Shown here: in pieces, positions 9,027 through 21,400 of the stretch
How positions within the stretch are numbered: the stretch's first letter is position 1
Layout of the letters: each line of letters begins with the position of its first letter
Assembly (NCBI GenBank): GCA_944376905.1
Contig: CALWEA010000006.1
Span: forward strand, 3,563 to 67,562
DNA from: an uncultured Clostridia bacterium
GTDB lineage: Bacteria > Bacillota > Clostridia > Christensenellales > UBA1242
Length of the DNA: 64,000 bases
Direction of reading: 5' to 3'
Translations under genes and position numbers: made by a program
The notes under the pieces: generated by a model
What the model saw: only the letters and a program-made list of their open reading frames with translations
Told to the model about the DNA's origin: nothing
Databases searched by the model: none

Positions 9027-11252
9027 ATGAAAACTTTAAATAAAACCTCAAAAACCTTCTTTGGTCTTATTTTAGGTTTAACATTAATAGCATTAAGTTT
9101 TTTGCTTGTTGCTTGTAATAATAAACCCAAAATAACATCTTGTGAAGTTAAGCCTGGAACAATGGCAACAACTATTATTCAAAATTCAACTCTTGACACT
9201 TCTTCTTTGGTTGTTATTTTTACTTATGATGACAACTCAACCAAAGAAGTTGCCTCAAAATATTTAGAAATTGGAACTATCGACACTTCTACTTCTGGTC
9301 AAAAAAATTTGTCTATAAAATATGACAATGAAACTTATTATGTTGTTATCAATGTTGTTCCTTCTATTTCTGACACATTTATGGTTGCCTCACTAAAAAG
9401 TCAACTTATAACTGAATTTAATAGTAATAGACAAGAACAAATTAATAAACAAACTGAATTTTATGATTTAGAACAACCTCTTTATGTTGGTGATGACAAT
9501 GAATTTGATTTTAGAATTATTGCAAGCGGAACCGACATTGACGGACAACCTGTTACTAACTTAACACAAGTTAGAACAAACATTAAAGTTGAAGTTAAAA
9601 ACCAAGATAATTCTTACACAACTTTAACTGGCACAGAACTTGAAAATATTGCTTCTATTAACACAGAAAAAACAACTATTGATTTTACAGAAAATGCTAT
9701 TGGCAAAACTTTTAAAATAACTGTTAGTGCAACTAATCCAGACCCTGAGTATGATTTAGTAGACACATCTTTTGTTGCAGAAATTCAAGTTATAGATGGA
9801 TATAATGTTTATAACGCAATTCAACTTTCTGTTTTTGATAATGTTAATAAAACCGAAGTTGGAAATAATACTTATCAAGAAGGAATTTGGACAGATTTAA
9901 AAGAACAACACAATTTAACAAATGTAACCACAAACGCAATAATTTTACAAAATGATATTAAAATAACTAAAAATGATGTTCCACAGCAATTATTCTGGAA
10001 AACAACAGACCCTAACTATTCAACTATTTTAGGATTAACAGACCAACAACTTGAAGGAAGTTTAATAGATGATAGCAGTTTAGGAATCTATGAACGCTCA
10101 GTTTCTGATGGTGAAACATTTGAACTTATTGGTAACTACTTCGCAATAGATGCCAGCGAATTCCCTAAAATGGTTGCAAGTCGTGATGCTTCAGAAACCG
10201 CTGATGTTACAAATGTTGTCAATGTTGGAAAAGGTAGCGGTATGACCGCACACACTTGTCTTCTTAAAACAATTCCAGCAACTGACACTCCAATAGCACA
10301 AAATACAAACGTTAACTATAAAAATATTTACTTTATCGGTAATGCTGAAATTGGAAACGATGTAACAAATTCTGGCGGACTTTTGATGATGAAAAATAAA
10401 AAAATTAATTTTAACGCCTACAACACCGTTACACACAATTTCTATATTGGTTATTACTTTGAATTAGGAGATAAAGATAATCCTAATGACGGAGAATATG
10501 TTTTAAATAAAATTAAAAGTTACAACTCTTATCAAACTCAATTATATTCATGGGGCGGAGACCATATTGTTATCAAAAATAGTGAAATTCTTGGCGCTGG
10601 TGGTCCTGCTATAATTGCTGACCATTGCAATTTTCAATTTAGTGGCGGAACTTTTACAGTTGAAGGTAACTATACGGGCTTAGATATTATTAACACCAAA
10701 CTAGAATCTAAAATAAGCGGTAAAGAACCTTGGTTTGAACAATATCCGGGAACAAGTCAAATTGCAGCAAACCTTTTACTTCTAGAAGCATTCTTCGATG
10801 GTAGTGCTGGCCTCCCTGCTCTAAACAAAACCATTATTGCAGATAAGATAACCGCTGGTTCTGTTGAAACAGGAAGATTAAATGCTATTGTTCTTTTGAA
10901 AAGAAACGGTGAAGGAGCAACAGATGGACGTTGCTTTGGTTATGCTAGATTCTTTGATAATGAAGAAGATTACAATAAATATTATTCAACTGAAAATCCA
11001 GTTGAAACAACTTTTGGCTTGGATTTAGACAAAAACTCTTCATTAATTGATAATGCCCTTCAAAATAAGGCCCACTACATTGAAGCAAGCGGTAATGGAG
11101 TTTATATTAATCAAGGTTATAGATCAACAAATCAAGATTCAAACATTAATCTATCCACTAAAACATTCTATGACCAAGGCGATTATATAAATCTTTACAC
11201 TAACATGGGAATGGGAATTGTTATTCAAATGTATGACACCGTAAGAAAATAA
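9027..11252 (+). CDS. Surface lipoprotein with N-terminal Ig-like domain and beta-rich C-terminal region
   Basis: Signal peptide with lipobox LLVAC; strong SD AAAGGAG. No enzymatic motif recognised. Confidence 0.7.
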   Translation: MKTLNKTSKTFFGLILGLTLIALSFLLVACNNKPKITSCEVKPGTMATTIIQNSTLDTSSLVVIFTYDDNSTKEVASKYLEIGTIDTSTSGQKNLSIKYDNETYYVVINVVPSISDTFMVASLKSQLITEFNSNRQEQINKQTEFYDLEQPLYVGDDNEFDFRIIASGTDIDGQPVTNLTQVRTNIKVEVKNQDNSYTTLTGTELENIASINTEKTTIDFTENAIGKTFKITVSATNPDPEYDLVDTSFVAEIQVIDGYNVYNAIQLSVFDNVNKTEVGNNTYQEGIWTDLKEQHNLTNVTTNAIILQNDIKITKNDVPQQLFWKTTDPNYSTILGLTDQQLEGSLIDDSSLGIYERSVSDGETFELIGNYFAIDASEFPKMVASRDASETADVTNVVNVGKGSGMTAHTCLLKTIPATDTPIAQNTNVNYKNIYFIGNAEIGNDVTNSGGLLMMKNKKINFNAYNTVTHNFYIGYYFELGDKDNPNDGEYVLNKIKSYNSYQTQLYSWGGDHIVIKNSEILGAGGPAIIADHCNFQFSGGTFTVEGNYTGLDIINTKLESKISGKEPWFEQYPGTSQIAANLLLLEAFFDGSAGLPALNKTIIADKITAGSVETGRLNAIVLLKRNGEGATDGRCFGYARFFDNEEDYNKYYSTENPVETTFGLDLDKNSSLIDNALQNKAHYIEASGNGVYINQGYRSTNQDSNINLSTKTFYDQGDYINLYTNMGMGIVIQMYDTVRK

Positions 11253-11377
11253 AACATTAATAAAATTAATAATTTTTAATTTAATAAGAAGTTAATAAAA
11301 ATATTATATTAATAAACTAATGAATAATACATCAACAGTTAGTTAAACTTTATTAATTATCTGTTTTAAATTTATAT

Positions 11378-11422
11378 AAGAAACGCATAAGTTTAATTAA
11401 ATTTAAATGCGTTTCTTTTTTT
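11378..11422 (+). terminator. Rho-independent terminator
   Basis: An 11-bp stem (AAGAAACGCAT / ATGCGTTTCTT) followed by a T-run, downstream of the lipoprotein gene. Confidence 0.7.
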
Positions 11423-11527
11423 ACAAAAATTAATAAATTTTGTATTAATTTTTAAAACTTATTATTAAATATTAAAATTTATAGAATATATTTTTTTAAA
11501 TATTTAAAATATTAATAATTAAAGAAT

Positions 11528-11556
11528 TTGACAAATTTACTATTTTATGATATTAT
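11528..11556 (+). promoter_or_regulatory. Sigma-70-type promoter candidate (TTGACA, 17 nt, TATTAT)
   Basis: Consensus -35 at 11528-11533 and -10 at 11551-11556. A weak 7-bp hairpin plus T-run follows at about 11577-11612, ahead of the PLP-enzyme gene. Confidence 0.5.
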
Positions 11557-11718
11557 ATTAGTAATTTATTATTAACACACCAACCTTTTAATTGGTGTTC
11601 AATTTTTTTAAATTTAATCCATATAGCGTCTTATATGTATGCATGAATATGTGTTTGTTATTAAATATGAAAAGTAAAAGTTTTATAAAAATATAAAACA
11701 ATAATAAAGGGGAATTTT

Positions 11719-12945
11719 ATGGATACAGAAATTTTGAAATTTGTTGAAGATTGTGAAAAAAACTTAACTTCTATTTTTAAACATTATGATAAAATGTGTT
11801 TGATTAACCAAGAAAAAGTTTTAAATGCTTTTAGAAACAACAATGTTGGTCTTCACCATTTTAATGGAACAACAGGCTATGGCTATGATGATATTGGAAG
11901 AGAAATGATTGGTAAAGTTTATGCTGAAGTTTTTGGTGGCGAGGCAGGCGTCGCTTCTCCTCTAATCTCTTGTGGCTCGCAAGCAGTTTCCATGGCTTTA
12001 TTTGGATTGTTGAAAAGTGGAGACACTATGCTTTCTATAACCGGTAAACCTTATGACACTCTTGATGCAACAATTTTTGGTGAAAATAATGGAGGTTTTA
12101 AAGATTACAATATTTCATATCACCAAATCGACATGATTGGCTCTAAAATCAATATCGAAAAAGTTTGTGAATATGTTGAAAAGAATTTGCCGAAAGTTAT
12201 CTTTATTCAGCGTTCAAGAGGATACGAATTTAGAAAATCACTTTCTGTTTATTATATTGGTGAGGTTGTTCAAAAACTTAAACAAATAAGTCCTAATTCC
12301 TTTATTGTTGTTGATAATTGTTATGGTGAATTTTTGGAAGAAGTTGAACCTTGTACTGTTGGTGCAGATGTTTGTGTTGGCTCTTTAACCAAAAATCCTG
12401 GCGGTGGAATTGCTCCATGTGGAGGTTATGTTGTTGGAACAAAACGTGCAGTTGAACTTATAACCGCGAGATTTACAAGTCCATCTCTTCATACAGAAGT
12501 TGGCTCTTATGAAAATGGTTATAGATTGATTTTTCAAGGTTTATTTTTAGGACCTCATGTTACCAACCAAGCAATTAAAGGTGCATACTTAATTGGTGAA
12601 GTTATGGACAAACTGGGATTTACCGTTATTCCAAAATCTGATGAAATTTCTTATGATATTGTTAAAACAATTAAATTTAACTCTAAAGAAGAATTAATTG
12701 ACTTCGTTAGAATTATTCAAAAATATTCTCCTGTTGATAGCAATGCCCTACCAGTCCCTTGGATGCGTTCTGGCTACGGTCATGAAATTATTATGGGAGC
12801 AGGAACTTTTGTTCAAGGTGCAACTATGGAACTTTCTTGCGATGCTCCTATAAAAGAACCATACTACGGACAGGTGCAAGGTGGATTAACATACGAACAT
12901 GTGAAACTAGTTGCAATGCAAATAGCATTAAGATATTGGCATTAA
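11719..12945 (+). CDS. YnbB / aluminium-resistance-type PLP-dependent enzyme (Met_gamma_lyase family)
   Basis: FNGTTGYGYDDIGRE near the N-terminus and GSLTKNPGGGIAPCGGY around the PLP lysine are characteristic of this family. SD AAAGGGGA. Confidence 0.7.
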   Translation: MDTEILKFVEDCEKNLTSIFKHYDKMCLINQEKVLNAFRNNNVGLHHFNGTTGYGYDDIGREMIGKVYAEVFGGEAGVASPLISCGSQAVSMALFGLLKSGDTMLSITGKPYDTLDATIFGENNGGFKDYNISYHQIDMIGSKINIEKVCEYVEKNLPKVIFIQRSRGYEFRKSLSVYYIGEVVQKLKQISPNSFIVVDNCYGEFLEEVEPCTVGADVCVGSLTKNPGGGIAPCGGYVVGTKRAVELITARFTSPSLHTEVGSYENGYRLIFQGLFLGPHVTNQAIKGAYLIGEVMDKLGFTVIPKSDEISYDIVKTIKFNSKEELIDFVRIIQKYSPVDSNALPVPWMRSGYGHEIIMGAGTFVQGATMELSCDAPIKEPYYGQVQGGLTYEHVKLVAMQIALRYWH

Positions 12946-13143
12946 AATCAAATTAAATTGGATTATATAAATTAAAATAATAAAAAATTTTTTAAAAAAT
13001 ATTTAATTTATTAAAACAATTAATTTTTTACATTAAAAAAAATAAAATAAATTATTTTTAATATTTTGCATTAAAATATGTTCATTTTTGCACCTTTTAT
13101 AATTGATAATTTAATAAATTTAATAAAAAAAGGTGAAAAATAT

Positions 13144-14136
13144 ATGAATTGGATAAAAAGATTGTGGAATTATTTTACCACTTATGAGAAAATATGGTAT
13201 GCGTCAACCATTTTAGCAATGACGCTTTTAATAATTTTTTGTTTTGAAGATGTTTTAGAAATTGAAGAAGGTTCTAGATTTATTGTTCTTCTGGCAATAT
13301 GCTCTATAATTGATATAATTTCATCAATAACATGTGAATTATTAATTTCAAAACAATCTAGATGGAATTTTATTGTTTCATTGGCTCTTGTTCAAACCTC
13401 GGAATTTATTATATTTTTAATAAACGGACAATGGGCTATGGCTGTTGTTTCACTTGTCTACTGGGGAATAGTTAGTACAATTAGTTTCATTAACTGGACA
13501 AAACATAAAGACCATCTTCAAGAAGAATTAACAAAAGTTAGAAAATTTACAGTTAAACAAAATATTTTCATTGTTTTGGCAATTATTGCATTTACTGTTG
13601 TTGGTGGATTTCTTTTATCATTTATTCCAGGTGAAGAAGAGCAATACTTAGATGCTGGTTTAACAGCATTCGCAATGACTAATGGATTATTAATTTTATA
13701 CCGTTTTAGAGAACAATTTATAGTTTGGTTTTTGTATAATTTGTGCGAAGCAATTTTATGGATAGTCAGCGGACAATATATATTGCTAGTTAAAAATGTA
13801 GCAATTTTAATTAATAGTACATACGGATTTATTAAATGGACTATTTATATTAAAACACATAAAAGAGAAAGTACAAAATTATCATTTATAGACCATGCTT
13901 ATGATGATGAAGAAGAAAACGAAAATAAAGAAGAAAACGAAAACAAGAGAAATATAAATTATGATAATAAAAATACTTTAATCAAAAATGATGAACAAAG
14001 TCAGGCAATCCCCAAAACTGTATCTTCTTCAAAAACTAAGAAAGAGAAAACTAACACAAAAAAAGACAAGACTACGAATAAATCAACACAAAACAATTCA
14101 ACGAATTCTTCAAATGATTCAAATAAAAAAAATTAA
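13144..14136 (+). CDS. PnuC-like nicotinamide riboside/NMN transporter with long acidic and K/N-rich C-terminal tail
   Basis: 7-8 TM helices with duplicated W-containing ends (YWGIVSTISFINWTKH; NSTYGFIKWTIY) typical of PnuC. AAAGGTGAAAA precedes ATG 13144. Confidence 0.55.
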   Translation: MNWIKRLWNYFTTYEKIWYASTILAMTLLIIFCFEDVLEIEEGSRFIVLLAICSIIDIISSITCELLISKQSRWNFIVSLALVQTSEFIIFLINGQWAMAVVSLVYWGIVSTISFINWTKHKDHLQEELTKVRKFTVKQNIFIVLAIIAFTVVGGFLLSFIPGEEEQYLDAGLTAFAMTNGLLILYRFREQFIVWFLYNLCEAILWIVSGQYILLVKNVAILINSTYGFIKWTIYIKTHKRESTKLSFIDHAYDDEEENENKEENENKRNINYDNKNTLIKNDEQSQAIPKTVSSSKTKKEKTNTKKDKTTNKSTQNNSTNSSNDSNKKN

Positions 14137-14407
14137 GATTAAATAAAAACTTCAAAACTAAATCTAAATAATATAATTAAATACATAAAAACCATAATTA
14201 AATTTAAAAATAACAAATTATAATTAAATTAATTATAGTAAATTAATTACATAAACAATACTATTATTTAAATAAAAATTAATTAATAAAATATTATGTT
14301 AAAAAAAACTTTATTCAATTATAAATTATACTTAATTTTAATTTATAATTTTGTTTAAAGTTTTTTTATTTAAAATTTTATTCTTTAATATTTTTCTTTT
14401 TTATTTT

Positions 14408-15760
<1,353 letters not shown>

Positions 15761-15954
15761 ATTTTAAACCTAATAAATACCTATAATATGATATGACATT
15801 GATTATAAATTGTTGTTTTTATTGTTAAGTCATTATTTTTAAAGCAAGTAACTTTTAACTGTTATTCTTTTAACAAATTATTTGACTTTATTTAAAAATC
15901 AATTTATCATTATATTAGAGTTAGTTTATTAAATAAACAGAAAGGAGTTTTTGT

Positions 15955-18018
15955 ATGAATAAAAATATTGAACCACTTTTTACACCTTGGAAAATTGGCA
16001 ACTTAACTATTAAAAATAGAATAGTTTTATGTCCTATGGGAGGAACTTCTCTTTTTGGCTGGATGGAACCTCACCACCTTGATAAAGATGCTTGTGATTT
16101 TTTCTTAGACATAGCAAAAAACAACGTTGGTTTACTTATAACAGGTATTGCTCCTCTTCGTAATCTTATTGGAGGACAATGGCTTTATAAAAAGAAAAGT
16201 GTTTTTAAAAAATTAAAACCTTATATGGACGAAATCCATAAGACAGGAGCTAAACTTTTTGTTCAATTAACCGCAGGTTTTGGACGTTCTTTTTCAATTC
16301 CCAATAATCTAGCGCCAATTATAAAAAATAAATTTTTAAGTTGTTTGCTTAAACCTATTATCAATCTTCCTTATCTTTGTGCATCTCCAAGCAAATTACC
16401 TTCTCGCTGGCTTGAAGGTTATACTTGTCGAGCAATTAGAAAAAATGAAATAAAAAAAATGGTTTATGCTTTTGCTCAAACTGCAAAATTATGTAAAGAT
16501 GCAGGTGTTGACGGAGTTGAAGTTCACGCTGTTCACGAAGGCTATCTCTTAGACCAATTTACTTTAAAATATACTAACCACCGCACAGATGAATATGGCG
16601 GAAGTTTTGAAAATCGTTATCGTTTTGCTGTTGATGTAGTTAAAGCAATTAAAAATGTTTGTGGAAAAGATTATCCAGTTTCTTTAAGATACTCGGTTGT
16701 TAGTAAAACCATTGATTTTTGTGAAGGTGCTTTACCTAATGAAAAATTTATTGAAATTGGTAGAGATATGCAAGAAAGTGAAAAAGCAGTTAAATATCTT
16801 CAAGATGCTGGTTATGACATGCTAAATGCTGATAATGGAACTTATGACGCTTGGTATTGGGCCCACCCTCCCCTTTATATGCCACAAAATTGTAATCTGG
16901 AAGATGTCTCTCATATTAAAAAATTTGTTAATATTCCTGTTGTTTGTGCGGGAAAAATGGAAGTGGAAGTTGCTTCAAAGGCGGTTGAAAACGGATTAAT
17001 CGACGCAATGGGCGTTGCCAGACAGTTTTTAACTGATTCTCATTGGGTTACTAAACTTATTGAAAATCGTATAGAAGATATTATGCCATGTATTTATTGT
17101 CATAACGCTTGTTTAACTATGGCTCATTATAAGGGCGTTGCAAATGACCAAAAAATGCAAGATTCCAAACATATGTCTCGTTGTGCACTTAATCCAACCA
17201 CTATGGATGGTGGAAAATTTGACATTAAACCAACTAAAAAAGTTAAAAATATTGCTATCATAGGAGGTGGAGTTGGAGGAATGGAAGTTGCTAGAATTGC
17301 AACTTTAAGAGGTCACAAAGTTACAATATTTGAAAAAAGTAATCAATTAGGAGGAGTTTTTATTTCTGCGGGATTAATGAGTTTCAAAGAAAGAGACAGA
17401 AAACTTCTCGAATTTTATAAAAATCAAATGAAAAAATTAAATATTAATATAAAATTTAACACTACTATAACTCAAAACGATATTGCTAATTTAAAAAATA
17501 ATTTTGATGAAATTATTGTCGCAACTGGTGCAACCGCAAAAAAACTCCCTATTAAAGGTAGCGAAAATGTTATAGATGCTATTGCTTTTTTAAATAATCC
17601 AAACAACATTGGCAATAATATTGTTATTATTGGTGGCGGTTTAACTGGATGTGAAATTGCTTACGAACTTAGTTTACAAGGTAAAAACCCTATTATTATT
17701 GAATCAAAAAATGATTTAATGGCAGTTCAAGGAATTTGTCTTGCCAACTCTTCCTATTTAAGAGATTATTTTAAACATCATAAAACTCAGATTTTCTTAA
17801 ATAGTCAAGTTAAGGAAATTTTGTCAAATAAAGTTATAATAAATGTTCAAAATATGGAAATAAGTCTTGATGCTGATACTATTATTTCGGCTATTGGTTA
17901 TACACCAGCACCACTTATTTCCAAAGACAAACATACCCATATAGTTGGAGATGCTTTTAAAGTTGGAAATTTAAGAACTGTTATTTGGAGAGCATGGGAA
18001 ATTGCTAAAAAACTTTAA
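15955..18018 (+). CDS. Old-yellow-enzyme-type NADH:flavin oxidoreductase fused to FAD/NAD(P)-binding domain (2-enoate / 2,4-dienoyl-CoA reductase family)
   Basis: N-terminal OYE TIM-barrel motifs (LCPMGG, HAVHEGYLLDQF), a Cys cluster CIYCHNAC...C, then two GxGxxG dinucleotide folds (IIGGGVGG, IIGGGLTG). Confidence 0.85.
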   Translation: MNKNIEPLFTPWKIGNLTIKNRIVLCPMGGTSLFGWMEPHHLDKDACDFFLDIAKNNVGLLITGIAPLRNLIGGQWLYKKKSVFKKLKPYMDEIHKTGAKLFVQLTAGFGRSFSIPNNLAPIIKNKFLSCLLKPIINLPYLCASPSKLPSRWLEGYTCRAIRKNEIKKMVYAFAQTAKLCKDAGVDGVEVHAVHEGYLLDQFTLKYTNHRTDEYGGSFENRYRFAVDVVKAIKNVCGKDYPVSLRYSVVSKTIDFCEGALPNEKFIEIGRDMQESEKAVKYLQDAGYDMLNADNGTYDAWYWAHPPLYMPQNCNLEDVSHIKKFVNIPVVCAGKMEVEVASKAVENGLIDAMGVARQFLTDSHWVTKLIENRIEDIMPCIYCHNACLTMAHYKGVANDQKMQDSKHMSRCALNPTTMDGGKFDIKPTKKVKNIAIIGGGVGGMEVARIATLRGHKVTIFEKSNQLGGVFISAGLMSFKERDRKLLEFYKNQMKKLNINIKFNTTITQNDIANLKNNFDEIIVATGATAKKLPIKGSENVIDAIAFLNNPNNIGNNIVIIGGGLTGCEIAYELSLQGKNPIIIESKNDLMAVQGICLANSSYLRDYFKHHKTQIFLNSQVKEILSNKVIINVQNMEISLDADTIISAIGYTPAPLISKDKHTHIVGDAFKVGNLRTVIWRAWEIAKKL

Positions 18019-18453
18019 TAATCTTAATTTTTGTTTTTACATTTTATATATTCTTAAAATTTTTTTGTTTTTATTTTCTTATTTATTTTCTATATCTTTT
18101 CAAACTTTTTAATTTTTTAATATAATCTTAATTTGTTTTCTTATTTATTGAATTAAATTATTTTAAATTTTTATAATATTTATAATATTTTTTATATTTT
18201 TTTAATTTTTTAATTTCTTAATTATAATTCTTATTAAAAATTTTTAAAAGTTAGAATTAATTTAATATTTGATTTTGATAAATTTGACAAAAAATTGTTT
18301 AATAATGTATTTTATTTAATATTTTTTATTAAATAAATTAATATTTTAATTTATAAACAAAACCTTATTTAGAAATTAATCTAAATAAGGTTTTTTGAAT
18401 TTATAAATATTTATTTTATTTTAAACAATTTAAATAAATATTAATAATTTTTA

Positions 18454-21400
18454 CTATTTATTTTTTAATTTATTTGAAACTACATTTTCTTTTTTATTAT
18501 TTTTTTTATCAGCAATTTTTTTAGTTGTTTTTACAACTTTTTTATTTGTTTTTAATTTGTTTGTAGAAATTGTTTTTTTTGCAGAAGAATTTTTAATATT
18601 AGATTTTATTTTACTTTCTTTTTTATTTGTTTTTGATATTTTTTTACTCGTATTATTTTTTTGTTTTGGTTGCATTTTGTCTAATTGTATTATATTATTT
18701 TCTTCCATATAAATTTTTTTGTTTTCATTTATTGCTTTAACAATTTTATTAATAACTTTTTCCTTGCTAAACCACCAATCTCTACTCCACACTCTCATGA
18801 TATTCCAGCCACGAGATTGCAAGAATTTATTTCTATAAACATCACGCTCTAAAATTGACTGACTACTTTTAGCAGCAGCATAATCACACTCAATTCCCAA
18901 TAAATATCTGTCTAATTGTTTGTCGTAAACTGCAAGTGAGATTTTATAATTTGTAGTTCCCAAATTAGTTTCAACAGCATATCCTAATTTAACCAATTCT
19001 GCTTTAATTTCATTTTCTAATTGATTAACAATTATCTCTGTTTCTGGCTGAGGTAATGAAGGTCTAAAACTATCTAAAATAAACTGTGCTTCTTTTGTTT
19101 TTTTGTTTGAAACCGCTCTAACATATTTTAAGTAACTTTTTAATATTTTAGGTCCTGAATTTTTCGAACTCTCAACAATAAGTTCTTCTGGCTCAATACT
19201 TGTTACAACAAATATCTTCTCTTTTGCACGAGTTATTGCAACATTTAATCTATTTTCTCCACCCTCGATGGAAAGCGGACCAAAATGTGCAACAACCTTT
19301 CCAAATTCATTTCTAGCATATCCTATACTAAATATTATAATATCTCTTTCATCACCTTGAACATTTTCAAGATTTTTTATAAAAATAGATGTATCCTCAT
19401 TGTTTTCTTTTCTATTTTGTTCCCTAATAAAAGCATCTCGAAATAATGAATCTTTTTGACATTCTGCATCAATTGCATCTTCAATAGCACTTTCTTGCTC
19501 AGCATTAAAAGTTATTATACCAATTGATGAATTATTTTTTTTGCTTTTTATAAGTTTTTTAAGAAGTTGAGCAACAGCAGTTGCCTCCGCTTCATTTCTT
19601 CGCCCAATCCATCTACCATTAACCATAATTCTTTGTATTGGTTTTTCTCCAATATTTTTAGAAATATTTGGTGCTATTTGTAATTTAGAATCATAAAAAG
19701 CAAAATTTGAAAAATCAATTAATTCTTGGTTTTTACTTCTATAATGATATGTTAAATTAGTTGAGTCGAATCTAGCAGTTGCCAAGTCTAACAAACTTTC
19801 AACTTCTAACGCCGCTTGGGTTGCCAAACTTAATTCTTCATCACTATCATTTCCCAAATATCTCTTAACAAACGTTGCAGTTGGACGCAATTGTTTATTA
19901 TCACCTGCAACAACAATGCATTTTCCACGATAAATAGTAGGCAATGTGTTTTCTATGAAAACCTGGCTTGCTTCATCAAATAATATAATGTCAAACATCT
20001 CTTTTTTTAACGGAAAAATATTTGATACGCTCTCAGGGGACAAAAGCCAGCACGGAAAAAGTTTTAAAAGATAATCACCATATAATTCCATTATTTGTCT
20101 TAACGGCAACAATCCTTGTTGTTTTGTTATTTGATAATAGTAATTTTGACTTTCCAGTCCAGTTTGAAAATGTTTTATATATTCTTCTTGAAATTTTCCC
20201 ATACAAATTGAAGCAGAGATTTGTTTTTGTTCTGTTGTTAAGGAAATAATTCTATTTCGAATATTTTCAAAATCTAAAATTTTAGGAAGCAAGTTTTTAT
20301 AATATTCTTCATAATAAATAGCCTCATGATAAACGCGCACTTCCAATAATTTATCTATAATATCTTTATATTGTTTTGGATTTTTACTATTTTCATATGC
20401 AAAATTTAAAATAATTCTTTCATCATCAGTTAGATTTCTTAATGCAACATTAACATCTCTTATTTCCAAATAATCTTCAAGAGCATTTAATAGTAATTTT
20501 ATAAAAACAGAATTACCATTTATGATATTATCAATAGTCATAAGATAACCTTGTCTATCTAAAACTTGCTCTATAATTTCATAATTTTTTATATAATTTT
20601 GAATTTCTTCAAGCGTGCTTTCAAAACTTTTATACAATTCTGCTTCTTTTTTATTCATTTGATTTTTTATAAATGGATAAGCAGGAAATAAAATTTTTGA
20701 TAAATTTAAGGTTGATAATAATTTTGGATTTTCTATTTGTGCAAGCATTTTTATTAAAGGTTTCATATCACTAATTGTATGAACATTATTTTCAAGCATA
20801 TAAACGAGTAGTTGACGAGCATGTGGGTTTTTTGTTGTGTCGAAAGGAACAATGTTTTTGCCAATTATTTCCTTTAAATATGTTTTCATTTGATTAATAG
20901 TATGAACCTCAACATTTGGCAAAATATGACTCGCAAGAGGATTATTTTTCTTTAATTGTATAAAACGATGATATAAACTTCCCTTATTTTTTTCTTTTAT
21001 AACTCGCAAGGCTGTATAAATTGTTTTGTAGTCCATATTCATTATGTCTTTGTTCTTTAACATTGCCTGATAAATTATGTAATCGAAACTATTTTTACCA
21101 ATTTTTGCTGAATTAGTGTACATTTCTTGCAATGTTAATCCAAAATCTGTTTTGGTAAATAAAACATTTGATATGGTTTCCAATTCGCTTATTTCATTGT
21201 TCAAATTTTGTGTTATAATATCAAATTGCTGTTGAAAATCTGGAATATCTTTTCCATAATCCATAACGGCTTTATGCATTTGACTAACTCTTTCATAAAA
21301 AGCAGTTTTATTCTTTTCCGCGTCAGTTACAAACATACATTTAGAATTTAAATTTTTCAAGCGATTAAAAACAACTTCCAACGCCGCTTTTTTTTGAGAA

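Noticed and set aside
11557-11718. Riboswitch or T-box leader upstream of the YnbB-like PLP enzyme
   Set aside because: Only a weak 7-bp hairpin with a T-run is visible (about 11577-11612). I see no T-box (AGGGTGGNACCGCG-like) sequence or recognisable riboswitch core. It would need a covariance-model scan.
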